The notes under the pieces are model-generated. The model searched no databases. It was not told where the DNA came from and saw only the letters and a list, made by a program, of their open reading frames with translations. This document shows, piece after piece, positions 1 through 8,913 of a DNA stretch of 64,000 bases (its first letter is position 1; each line of letters opens with the position of its first letter). A program made the position numbers and the translations under genes. Origin of the DNA: an uncultured Gammaproteobacteria bacterium (GTDB lineage Bacteria; Pseudomonadota; Gammaproteobacteria; Chromatiales; Chromatiaceae); contig CAVPOY010000025.1 in NCBI GenBank assembly GCA_963707135.1, forward strand, positions 24,649 to 88,648, written 5' to 3'.

Positions 1-650
1 AGTGCCGTCAGCTCCTGGCGGTTGATGATGGTGATGTGGGCCCCGTAGACCGAGATCACGCCGTCCTGGCTTAGCTGCTTTATGACGCGGGAGAAGGTCT
101 CGGGCTTGACCGACAGGCGCGAGGCCAGTACCCCTTTACGGACATCGAGCTCGAACGCCCGCCGGTCCTCCGGGCAGTGGTTGAGAAGATAACGGGCGAC
201 CCGACACTTGGCGGTGTGCAGGGTCAGATTGTCGATCTCGCCGATCAGTCCGCGCAGGCGCTGGCTGAGCGCCCCCAGGACCGCGAAGCAGGTATCCACC
301 GACTCGCGCAGCATGGCGGAGAACTCCCTGGAGTCGATGCCGATCAGCTCGGATGGCTCCAGCGCCGCGGCGCAGACCGGGTAACGGGGGGCATTCAGGA
401 ACATCAGCGCCTCGCCGAAGGTCTGTCCGGGGCAGACGATCTCGATCACCTTCTCGGCGCCCTCGGGCGAGAGGCGGAACAGGCGAACCTGGCCCTTCTG
501 GACCAGATAGAAGCGCCGAGCCGGGTCGCCCTGGCTGAAGAGCCAAGCTCCCTCGTCGAGAGCCTGGCGGGTGGCGGTCTCTGAAACCCGTTCCAGTTGC
601 TGGTCGCTGAGCCCCCACATCAGGGGGGCCCTGCGCAGTGCGTCGATCAT
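1..650 (-). CDS. Crp/Fnr-family transcriptional regulator, Dnr/NnrR-like (3' end lies beyond the window edge)
   Basis: Absent from the ORF track because it runs off the edge. The reverse complement of 1..650 (ATG = cat at 648-650) reads MIDALRRAPLMWGLSDQQLERVSETATRQALDEGAWLFSQGDPARRFYLVQKGQVRLFRLSPEGAEKVIEIV...RKGVLASRLSVKPETFSRVIKQLSQDGVI. This gives a cNMP-binding-type barrel plus a C-terminal HTH with the FNR-type E--SR motif. There is no N-terminal Cys cluster. The listed 136..720 ORF is an Arg/Pro-rich shadow frame. Confidence 0.85.
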   Translation of the reverse strand, partial: MIDALRRAPLMWGLSDQQLERVSETATRQALDEGAWLFSQGDPARRFYLVQKGQVRLFRLSPEGAEKVIEIVCPGQTFGEALMFLNAPRYPVCAAALEPSELIGIDSREFSAMLRESVDTCFAVLGALSQRLRGLIGEIDNLTLHTAKCRVARYLLNHCPEDRRAFELDVRKGVLASRLSVKPETFSRVIKQLSQDGVISVYGAHITIINRQELTA

Positions 651-773
651 TCTTCGCTCCGCGTGTCGGTACGCTGACAGAAACGCCGGAGGGAAACGCC
701 GACAAATCGGCCTCTCCCAAGGATCCATCGAACTCCGATTCGGAAACTTAACACGGATCAAGGCTGAAGCGGA

Positions 774-2057
774 TTACCGCGTAACGCTCTCGGCAATTCG
801 ACGCGCCACGCGGGCGAATCGCGCGGCGGCTGTTGCAAGCAGAGCGAAGAGCCACAGCGCGGCAGAGGCGAGCGCAAGGCCGGCCGCTGGCGCCAGCACC
901 GGCCAGATCGCGCAGGCGACGAGCAGGGCCAGGGCGAGCACGTGCAGGCGGAAATGCCAGCGGGTCGGCCGATCCGCAAGCAGCTTGTGCATCAGGGGGA
1001 CCCGCACGTCGAAGCGTCCGGACGCGACCTGGCGCGCCTGCAGATGAAACCAGCACAGAAATGGAACGATCTTGAAGAGCATTCCGCTTGGCAGACCGAC
1101 GCCGACCCCAACCAGCAGCAGCACGCCGACCAAGGGGACGGGTGCCTGGAACAGCCAGCCGACGAGCGCGGCGAGTGCCGCCGCCATCGCCGCCCGCCAG
1201 TGCCAAAGGGTCACATCCAGCCTTGGCCGCGATCGACGCCGCTGACGGTCGAGGGTCACCAGCGCGAATGTGCCAAACCCGAGTCCGTTCAGGCAGGTTG
1301 CCCACTCCGCGGGGCCGTGCAGGCCGGCCGTCAGTAGCAGGCTTCCGACGGCGACAGATGCGAACAGCGAGGGCGCAAGCAGACGGACCATCCAGCGCGG
1401 ATACTCGGGTGTGACGTGGAACAGCGGGACCATCTGGTAGGCGATGCCGACGACCACGAGCGCGACCCAGCCCAGGAGTCCCCAGCTCAGATGGGCGGCG
1501 ACCCAATCGGTGAATCGCGGCAACTGGAGCCAGCCCATCAGTGTGCCCGTCATCGCTAGACCGAGCAGGACCGTGACGGCAAGCGACGCCAGGGCCAGCC
1601 ATAGCGCGACACGCGTGGCGGGTGCCCCCGGCGCTCGCCGCAGCGCACCGGCGGCGGCCGCGAGAAACAATGTGAGCCCGAGCGCCGATGCGCCGGCGCC
1701 CAGTCCTAATGGCAGGGGGCCGCCGCCCAGAAACCCCCAAGCGAGAAGGCCCGCCCCGAGCGTCAGCAGGCCGTGGGTCAAAGGACCCGTTCGGGAGACT
1801 CCCGGAAGCGGTGCGCCGGTGATGACCGGTAGCGCCTGTATCAGTGCGCCACACATCACCTGCCCGAGGAAGCCGATGGTCAGCAGGTGGGTCACCGCGA
1901 GCGCGGCCGGTGTCCAGCGGGAGGCGAACACCGCTTCGCCGTGGACGATCAGCAACAGTCCCGCGGCGACGACGAACCAGGGAGCGGTCAGGAACAGCCG
2001 CAGGGGCAAGTGGATGGGCGGGGCCTGCTCAAGGCTCAGTCCCGCGGTCTGAAGCAT
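774..2057 (-). CDS. nnrS: NnrS family membrane protein (heme/copper protein of NO-stress regulons)
   Basis: 427-aa polytopic membrane ORF (MLQTAGLSLEQAPPIHLPLRLFLTAPWFVVAAGLLL...). Size and composition fit NnrS. It sits 3 nt downstream of a DUF2249 gene and next to a Crp/Fnr regulator. Confidence 0.75.
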   Translation of the reverse strand: MLQTAGLSLEQAPPIHLPLRLFLTAPWFVVAAGLLLIVHGEAVFASRWTPAALAVTHLLTIGFLGQVMCGALIQALPVITGAPLPGVSRTGPLTHGLLTLGAGLLAWGFLGGGPLPLGLGAGASALGLTLFLAAAAGALRRAPGAPATRVALWLALASLAVTVLLGLAMTGTLMGWLQLPRFTDWVAAHLSWGLLGWVALVVVGIAYQMVPLFHVTPEYPRWMVRLLAPSLFASVAVGSLLLTAGLHGPAEWATCLNGLGFGTFALVTLDRQRRRSRPRLDVTLWHWRAAMAAALAALVGWLFQAPVPLVGVLLLVGVGVGLPSGMLFKIVPFLCWFHLQARQVASGRFDVRVPLMHKLLADRPTRWHFRLHVLALALLVACAIWPVLAPAAGLALASAALWLFALLATAAARFARVARRIAESVTR

Positions 2058-2060
2058 TGC

Positions 2061-2294
2061 TCAGTGGGTCCCCGGGGCCTGTTCCACCGGTTCGATCAGG
2101 ATCAGGTAGTCCCCCTCGTTGCCGGATACCTCCCAGCGATACCCCATCCGCCACAGTATGTCGTATAGCGGGAAGGGTTGTCGCCGGTTGCGCAGCAGCA
2201 GGCGGTCACCGGCGCGCATATCGGACAGGGCATCGAGCGTTCGCTCCAGTGGTTCCGGCGCCGGAAGGTCGCGTGCGTCAATGACGTGGTCCAA
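2061..2294 (-). CDS. DUF2249 domain protein
   Basis: 77-aa ORF MDHVIDARDLPAPEPLERTLDALSDMRAGDRLLLRNRRQPFPLYDILWRMGYRWEV... This is the typical DUF2249 pattern, tightly packed between the hemerythrin and nnrS genes. Confidence 0.7.
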   Translation of the reverse strand: MDHVIDARDLPAPEPLERTLDALSDMRAGDRLLLRNRRQPFPLYDILWRMGYRWEVSGNEGDYLILIEPVEQAPGTH

Positions 2295-2298
2295 GGGC

Positions 2299-2733
2299 CT
2301 AGTCCTTTAGCGCTTCAAGCAGCTCCGCGGCCCGCCGGCCGAGAACCTGGTCCGCCATCCGGTAGAGGATCGCCTCCTCCTTCGCGTTGTGCTGCTGGCT
2401 CACCAGGTGGAGGGTCCCCAGTACGCCCAGGCACTCGTCGGCGTCGCGTGCCTCGACCGCCTGCTTGAGCTCGGCGAGCAGCTGCCGGATCTGGCGGTGC
2501 TCCGAGCGCATAATACCGGTCGGACCCCCGGCCGTCGGCGCGGCCGCCTCGAGGTCCGGAAACAGGACCTCCTCCTCGAAGGCGAAGTGACGCTCGGTGG
2601 CGTTGTCGAACCCCAGTGCCTCGGCCGAGATGCGATCCCAGTCGCCGCCGTCGGCGGCGGACTCCACCAGGGCGAGCAGTCGGTCGCAGCGGCGGTGGCC
2701 TTCGGTCAGGGTCTCGGCGATGGATTCGGACAT
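2299..2733 (-). CDS. hemerythrin (HHE cation-binding) domain protein
   Basis: 144-aa ORF with spaced His/Glu motifs (TEGHRRCD, ERHFAFEEEVLFP, MRSEHRQI, QQHNAKEE) typical of hemerythrin-like di-iron proteins. Confidence 0.75.
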   Translation of the reverse strand: MSESIAETLTEGHRRCDRLLALVESAADGGDWDRISAEALGFDNATERHFAFEEEVLFPDLEAAAPTAGGPTGIMRSEHRQIRQLLAELKQAVEARDADECLGVLGTLHLVSQQHNAKEEAILYRMADQVLGRRAAELLEALKD

Positions 2734-2860
2734 CTGTAACGTCTCCGAACAGCTAGCGGGTACCGATCACGCCGTCACGCGGCGGTCGGGAACTCACGGC
2801 GGCGCGGTGTTACACGCCGTGCTCAGGCATTGGATTTAAGCCAAGGCGTGCCGCCTCGCC

Positions 2861-2874
2861 TTGACTTGAGTCAT
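2861..2874. promoter_or_regulatory. candidate FNR/Dnr-type box TTGACTTGAGTCAT (9/10 match to TTGAC-N4-GTCAA)
   Basis: Near-palindrome about 127 nt upstream of the hemerythrin ATG (2733, minus strand), in the only sizeable intergenic gap upstream of the hemerythrin-DUF2249-nnrS string. Confidence 0.4.
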
Positions 2875-3131
2875 CTGAAACGCGGGACCGGTGACGTTCC
2901 GGCACGCATCGCTGGCGATCGAGCCTTGTCAAGTCGGCCATAGGGGAGCCCCTCGTTTAAACCCCTTACGCAATGGGCGGGGGCCAGCGCGGGTCTTTGG
3001 AGCCGGAAACCGGGCTTGGGGGCCAGAAAGCCGGCGGCGAGGCACTATGTGCAAAAAAAAACGGCATTGGCTGTCACCGCCTCGCAGCGGCTCCCCGCAC
3101 CACGCGGGTCCTTTCGTGTCCCTGTCGTACC

Positions 3132-4217
3132 TCAGGACGTGCTTCCGGGGCCATTCGAGTCCAATTTTTCGCGCGTGAACAAAATGGCCAGCGTGACGGC
3201 CGTCAGAGGCAGCACGAACCACAGCATGGCCGTGCTGTATACGGCGACAGAGTCGTTTCCGACGGCCGCCAGCACGACGTACGTCGTGTAGGCGACGTAG
3301 TACGCGAGAAATAACCCGCCTTCCCAGCGTGCGATCCGCATGCCGGTGACGAAGATCGGCAAACAGGCAATCGCGACCGCGAGCATGACCGGTAGGTCGA
3401 AGCGCAGGGCCGCGGCCGGTACGGCGATGCTTTCCGGGGCCAAAAGGGCGCTGAGTCCGAGCACGCCCAGCAAGTTGAATACGTTGCTGCCCACGACGTT
3501 GCCCACCGCGATATCGCGCTCCCCGCGGACGCTTGCGATAACCGAAGTGGCGAGCTCGGGCAGCGAGGTTCCAACCGCCACGATGGTCAGACCTATTATC
3601 AGCTCGCTGACGCCGAATGCCTGGGCGATGGCGACGGCACTATTCACCAGCAGGCGTGAGCCCCAGACCAACAGTGCGAGGCCGAACACCAGGTAAAGGG
3701 CGTCCCTCAACCACGGGTGTCGGACTGACGGCCTGTGGCCCGACGGGGCGGACTCATCGTCCTGGGTGCGACGCTCCCGGCGTCCCTGTCGAATCTGAAA
3801 TCCGAGATAGGCCAGTAGCGCACAGAAAAGGATGCTGCCTTCCAAACGGTCGATGTGTTGGTCCAGGGCGAACAGGAGCACGGCCAGGGAGCAACCGATC
3901 ATCAGCGGCACGTCCACGCGCACCAGCTGGCTGGTGATCAGCAAGGGTGCAATCAGGGCCGAGAGTCCGAGGATCAACAGGATGTTCAGGATGTTGCTGC
4001 CGATCACGTTACCGAGGGCGATGTTCGCCTGCCCGGACCAGACAGCCCCCACGCTGACCGCGAGCTCGGGTGCGCTGGTGCCGAAGGCGACCACGGTAAG
4101 CCCGACGATAAGCGGCGGGATGCCGAAGCGGCTGGCGATCCCGGACGCGCCGCGTACCAGGGCCTCGGCTCCGATAGTCAGCACCGTGAGACCGGCGACA
4201 AGCAAAATCACGTTCAT
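3132..4217 (-). CDS. calcium/sodium antiporter (CaCA / YrbG family)
   Basis: 361-aa membrane ORF with the duplicated alpha-repeat motifs GTSAPELAVS and GTSLPELATS characteristic of CaCA exchangers. Confidence 0.85.
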   Translation of the reverse strand: MNVILLVAGLTVLTIGAEALVRGASGIASRFGIPPLIVGLTVVAFGTSAPELAVSVGAVWSGQANIALGNVIGSNILNILLILGLSALIAPLLITSQLVRVDVPLMIGCSLAVLLFALDQHIDRLEGSILFCALLAYLGFQIRQGRRERRTQDDESAPSGHRPSVRHPWLRDALYLVFGLALLVWGSRLLVNSAVAIAQAFGVSELIIGLTIVAVGTSLPELATSVIASVRGERDIAVGNVVGSNVFNLLGVLGLSALLAPESIAVPAAALRFDLPVMLAVAIACLPIFVTGMRIARWEGGLFLAYYVAYTTYVVLAAVGNDSVAVYSTAMLWFVLPLTAVTLAILFTREKLDSNGPGSTS

Positions 4218-4571
4218 AGGGGTCAGGCGATGGACTCGGATCGAGCGGGCTTATTCGGCAGGATGATAACGGGACTTACGGGCCTGCGAATATTCGGCGT
4301 ACCCGTGCCGTCGCGCGCTCGATTCGTTGCGGCGCGGGGCAATCGTGCCGCCGATGTCAGGTTGGACGTCTCTCCCAGGCCGCTCGGACGGCAGCAAGAC
4401 TCGCGGCTAAGGCCCCGGAACGCGGGCTATCCTGCGACGCCGACGTCTGCTTGCCGCGCGCCCGCTACGACCCCCGGGGGCTAGACCGGGAACTGAGGTT
4501 TAGCGAGACCGCCCCCGAGACCGGCAAGAGGCGCTCCGGTTAACGAGGGCGGGGAACAGGCGCCTGGCGGC

Positions 4572-5927
4572 TCAATTGCCTTGGCGCGCGAACGGCTGCT
4601 CGATCATGGCCCAGACCGAGGATCCCTCGTCCGAGACGGCGAAATCCAACCGCACCGGCATGCGGAAGGCCATCAAGCGGAGGCCGATGCCGGCATCCCA
4701 TTGCAGGTCCTCTACAAAAAGGTCCGAGTTGTATTCGGGTCCAACCCGTCCGGCCTCGACGAAGGGCACGACCTGCCACCAGTCGATCTCGAAGTATCGC
4801 AGCAACGGCATATCCCGAAGAGGCTGGGGCTTGGGTATCAGTCGCAACTCGGCAGCATAATAGACGGCCGACTTGTCGCGAAAACGGCCGGACGGGAACG
4901 CGCGCAAGCGGTCGAAACCGCCGAGCTCCGAGCCGTAATTGGGCGGCGGTCGATGGTAGATGATGTGTGGGTTGGTGGGGTCCGGTTCCCAGGATGGGGT
5001 GTTTGAGGTCCAGAAATTCAGCGCGAGCACCTGCTGGCGAAACCAGCTGGAGGTCCCGAGGTTGAAATATTTGGACAGGTCCGCCTCCAGATTGGTCCAG
5101 CTGTCAGAGCTGTCGAACCAGCCAAAGTCCCGGGTCAGCTTCAGCTGCTGGCGGCTGCCGCGCGACGGGTTGCGCGGAAAGTCCGTGTTGTCGTAGTCGA
5201 GCCAGAGCTCCAGCCCGTTGGTCTTCGCGCTGAGGAGCTCGTGGATGGTGCGGTCTTCGAGATCGCCGATGGTGAAGTCATTGAGGTCGCGGTAAGTGTA
5301 GAAGAACTTGCCGCCCAGGGTCGTCTGACCGCTGACCATGGGGTTCCACTGGTCGCCGCCGCGCGGACCGGATTCGAGCAGCCCGTGCTTCAGGTGATAA
5401 ACGGCGACCGGGTCGTCCCGGGTGCCGCCGATTGGCAGGCGGTACTTGAGCGTAATGTCGTAAGTCAGCTCGTTGCTGACGCCGCGTACGAAATCGTCCT
5501 GCGCCGATTCGTTCGAACCGGCCCTGACCTCGGTCGGATCACGGTCGTAGTCGAGGTAGAAGCGTTGGTCGGTGAAATGATCTACCAGTATGAAGGCGTC
5601 GAGAAAGAATCGACTGTCGCCGAATCGGTACCCATCCAGGGCGCCGGACAACAGGACCGACTCGTTCGATGTAACGAAGGCGGTACCGAACAGGCTCATC
5701 TGGGGCTGCGGCTTTCCCCCTGAGAAGGCCGCCGCACCGACAGCCGTGCCCAGCGAATCCGTCGCGAACAGGTAGGGGAGCCAGCCGCCCCGAGGGTCTT
5801 CGATGCTCTGTCCCTCGTCCAGGGCGATCACCTGTGCGCTGGCCGGTTCCGGTACAGCAGACAGGAATGCCGTCGCCAACAGCACCAGCGGCGCGACCCG
5901 CTCGGCCGCAAATCTTGTCCTGCTCAT
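4572..5927 (-). CDS. Omp85/BamA-TamA-family outer-membrane beta-barrel protein without recognisable POTRA region
   Basis: 451-aa ORF with a signal peptide (LVLLATAFLSAVPEPASAQ). The C-terminal part matches surface-antigen (D15) barrels (GGFDRLRAFPSGRF ... VPFVEAGRVG ... DAGIGLRL ... VRLDFAVS). The N-terminus is too short for POTRA repeats. Confidence 0.6.
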   Translation of the reverse strand: MSRTRFAAERVAPLVLLATAFLSAVPEPASAQVIALDEGQSIEDPRGGWLPYLFATDSLGTAVGAAAFSGGKPQPQMSLFGTAFVTSNESVLLSGALDGYRFGDSRFFLDAFILVDHFTDQRFYLDYDRDPTEVRAGSNESAQDDFVRGVSNELTYDITLKYRLPIGGTRDDPVAVYHLKHGLLESGPRGGDQWNPMVSGQTTLGGKFFYTYRDLNDFTIGDLEDRTIHELLSAKTNGLELWLDYDNTDFPRNPSRGSRQQLKLTRDFGWFDSSDSWTNLEADLSKYFNLGTSSWFRQQVLALNFWTSNTPSWEPDPTNPHIIYHRPPPNYGSELGGFDRLRAFPSGRFRDKSAVYYAAELRLIPKPQPLRDMPLLRYFEIDWWQVVPFVEAGRVGPEYNSDLFVEDLQWDAGIGLRLMAFRMPVRLDFAVSDEGSSVWAMIEQPFARQGN

Positions 5928-6298
5928 GTCACGTTACTCTTGCTCTGCCGCGCGGGGTTGCTGGGTCGTCTCTCGTCGGCCCGGGCGCAAACTATCCCCC
6001 GAGGACGCCTAAAGCAAGGCTTTCGGTGATCTGGAGACGTGACCGCGAGTGCGGCTACCTTGGCGAGGCTGTTCGGCATGCCGCGCGATGGTAATCGGTA
6101 TCGTGCTGCGAGCGGAGCCGGATAACGGCCGGCGGAATCGGCGCGAGACCGCTCCCCGACCGCCTCGGCCGGCTGGAGGCGCCGGCTTGGACCCTAAGGA
6201 AATGCTGACTCGAACGTTCGCGAGTGTTTTTCCCGTCGCGAGTCGGGGGGTTGCCGGTCCAAGCCTCGGAAGGTTCTTACTCAACAGCTGCTCGAGGC

Positions 6299-6865
6299 TT
6301 AGTGAATGCCCTTTTCCCGCAGGTAGGGGGCGTACTTCTGGTCGCTGCCGCGGATGTGGTGGACTAGCCAGGTCTTGAGGAAATCCCCCATCTTGTCGAC
6401 GGTCGCCCCCCTGTCCTTGTCGTAGGCCGCCAGAAACTCCTTGATCTGCGCGATCATCTCCACGTGCTCGAGCTTGTGCGCCTGGAAACTAGGGTAGTCC
6501 GCCGACCGCATCATGCCCTCCTCGCGCTCGAAGTGGTACTTGGTGTAGTCGACGAGCTCGCCGATTGCCTTGCGCTCGAAGGACTCGCCCATGTGGTAGT
6601 AGACCGCCGTCTGCAGGTCATTGATCAGATCCAGCAGCTTCTTGTGGTCGTTGTCGATGGACTCCACGCCGACGGTCATGTCGTCCTTCCAGGCGACGAA
6701 GTGCCGCGCGGTCATCTTCTTGTGCACGTAGGGCAGGGCGATCAGAACCGCGATGCCGATCCAGGAAACCGGGTTGTCTATGCCCCAGAGGAAGCCGAGA
6801 AAGATCGTGATGACGACCAGGACGATAAACAGGGATAAGCCTAGCGTCTGTAGACTTTTGCGCAT
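6299..6865 (-). CDS. membrane-anchored bacteriohemerythrin
   Basis: 188-aa ORF with two N-terminal hydrophobic helices (LSLFIVLVVITIFLGFLWGI; VSWIGIAVLIALPYV). These are followed by a bacteriohemerythrin domain (VESIDNDHKKLLDLIN ... YTKYHFEREE ... HKLEHVEM ... WLVHHIRGSDQKY). Confidence 0.8.
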   Translation of the reverse strand: MRKSLQTLGLSLFIVLVVITIFLGFLWGIDNPVSWIGIAVLIALPYVHKKMTARHFVAWKDDMTVGVESIDNDHKKLLDLINDLQTAVYYHMGESFERKAIGELVDYTKYHFEREEGMMRSADYPSFQAHKLEHVEMIAQIKEFLAAYDKDRGATVDKMGDFLKTWLVHHIRGSDQKYAPYLREKGIH

Positions 6866-6998
6866 GATGGAGCGTCCTCGGGACCTGGGTGATACTCGGG
6901 TTGGGCCGCCGCTCGGCGGCCGGTGAAAAGCCGCGCGACAGGCATCATCCGCTCTCAGCGATCAGGGGTTGAGACTAGCAAGGGTGGAGCCTTCGCTA

Positions 6999-7012
6999 TT
7001 TGACCAACGTCA
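6999..7012. promoter_or_regulatory. FNR/Dnr/NnrR-type box, perfect palindrome TTGACCAACGTCAA
   Basis: Perfect TTGAC-N4-GTCAA palindrome in the divergent intergenic region, about 72 nt upstream of the nirS ATG and about 133 nt upstream of the hemerythrin ATG. A Dnr-like regulator with the E--SR helix is encoded in the same window. Confidence 0.6.
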
Positions 7013-7084
7013 AGGAGTAGGCCCGCCCGAGGTTCAAGGATTAGACGCCCGATCAATAACGGCCAGTTACGAGGTGACCGCCAG

Positions 7085-8783
7085 ATGACCAGACATTCCC
7101 AGTCCCGCGCGATAGCGAAATTAGGCGCTAGTGCGCTCTCCGCCGCCATCGGCCTCGCCCTTGGCGGCGCGGCGTTTTCCGCCTCCGCCGAGGGGCCCAC
7201 GCTCAGCGAGGCGGACTTCGAGAAGGGCAAGACCATCTACTTCCAGCACTGCGCCGGTTGCCACGGTACCCTTCGTAAGGGCGCCACCGGCAAGAGCCTG
7301 GAGCCAAAGACGTCCGTCAAGATGCCCGACGGGACGATTCAGGAGGGCGGCACCCTCGCGCTCGGTCAGGAACGACTGGAGAAGATCATCCAGTTCGGGA
7401 CCGAGGGAGGCATGAACAACTTCAGCGAGATCCTCACCCCTGAAGAGATCAAGCTGATGGCGACCTATATCCAGATGACTCCGCCGATTCCGCCAGAGAT
7501 GTCGCTGGCCCAGATGAAGGCCAACACCAAGGTCTACGTGGACCCCAAGGACTATCCCACCGAGCCGCTGCATGGCCGCAACTGGAAGAACTTCTTCGTC
7601 GTCATCGAGCGTGATGTCGGCAAGGTGGCCGTGGTCGACGGCGACACCAAGGAGATTCTCGCTCATATCCCGACGGGCTACGCGGTTCACGTCATCAAGG
7701 CGCTGGAGCACTCCAATGCCTCGCACCCGGATAATCCGGCCGACGTGGGTCGCTTCTGGTACACCCAGGGTCGCGACGGCAAGATGACCAAGATCGATCT
7801 TTGGCAGATGCCGGACAAGATGCTGGTGGCAGAGACCAAGGTCGCCTACGACGCCCGCGACGTGGCGGTGTCCGGCAACGGAAAATATATCGTCGGTGGT
7901 GGCTACTGGCCGCCGCACTTCGTTATCGTCGACGCGGTGACCATGGATCCGCTGAAGGTGGTCTCCACCCGCGGCGTCAACATCGACGGCGAATACGTGA
8001 ACGAGTCCCGCGTAGCGGCCATCTACGACACGCCGAACGAGACCTCCTGGCTGGTCGCCCTGAAGGAGCTGGGCCAGATTTGGCAGGTGGACTATTCCGA
8101 TCTTGAAAACCTGCGCGTCGACAAGATCGACACGGCCAAGTTCCTGCACGATGGCTTCTTCGATCCCACCGGGCGCTACTTCCAGATCGCCGCCAACGCC
8201 TCCAACAAGATGGTCGTCGTGGACAGCAAGGAGCGCAAGCTCGAGGCCCTGATCGACGTCGACAAGCTGCCTCACCCGGGTCCTGGCGCCAACTGGAACG
8301 ACGAAAAATGCGGACCGGTCGCCGGTACGACCCACCTGGGCGTGGGCAAGGTCACCGTCTGGGGCAACGATCCCGAGGCCCACGCGGACCAGGCCTGGAA
8401 GGTCTGCTACGAGGTCGAGACCGACGGCCCCGGGTCTGTTCATCCGCACCCATCCGAACAGCAAGTACTATTGGGCGGATCAGACCAAGCATCCGGATCC
8501 AGAGGTGCAGCAGGCCGTTCAGGTCATCGACAAGAACACACGGGAGATCGTCAAGACCATCCAGGTCACCGACGTACCCGGTCAGGCCGCGGTTCATATG
8601 GAGTTCAACGCGGATGGCTCAGAGGTTTGGGTCTCGGCCTGGAACATGAAGGACAGCAAGGAGCCCAACGGCGAGATCGTGATCTACGACGCGAACACGC
8701 TGGAGGAGAAGGCCCGCATCAAGGGCTTATACGCGCCCACCGGTAAGTTCAACGTCACCAACCGTTCCGAGCATGTGACCTGA
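7085..8783 (+). pseudogene. nirS: cytochrome cd1 nitrite reductase NirS, reading frame broken by a 1-nt shift near 8428-8434
   Basis: The ORF 7085.. has a signal peptide, a heme c site (CAGCH) and cd1 beta-propeller sequence up to ...WKVCYEVETDGPG, then degenerates into Arg/Gly junk. The NirS sequence resumes in the +1 frame from 8433 (GLFIRTHPNSKYYWADQTKHPDPEVQQAVQVIDKNT...APTGKFNVTNRSEHVT, stop 8781-8783). The total length of 1699 nt is not a multiple of 3. The break lies in the run ggCCCCGGGt. Confidence 0.9.
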
Positions 8784-8842
8784 TTGCCCGGTGTTTCGCC
8801 CGGCCCGTTCTTCGGGCCGGAGCCGTGCACCTAAGTAGGGTT

Positions 8843-8882
8843 GGCGGGCATGGAGCGCCGTTTCATGCCCGCCTCGTTTTTT
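8843..8882 (+). terminator. intrinsic terminator downstream of nirS
   Basis: A 10-bp stem ggcgggcatg/catgcccgcc (8843-8852 / 8864-8873) is followed by tcgttttttctg. It is preceded by a second 8-bp hairpin at 8800-8820. Confidence 0.7.
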
Positions 8883-8913
8883 CTGATTCTCTTGCCTTGA
8901 GGGAGGTGGAGCG

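Noticed and set aside
136-720. 194-aa ORF on the minus strand listed in the ORF track
   Set aside because: It is Arg/Pro/Gly-rich with no motifs. Another minus-strand frame over 1-650 encodes a clean Crp/Fnr regulator, so this is a GC-driven shadow ORF.
7121-8464. 447-aa ORF antisense to nirS
   Set aside because: It is a typical antisense shadow ORF of GC-rich DNA (runs of V/L/G/R/D, no domain signatures). The sense strand carries unambiguous NirS sequence. The same reasoning applies to 8944..10227, which is antisense to the NirT-fusion gene.
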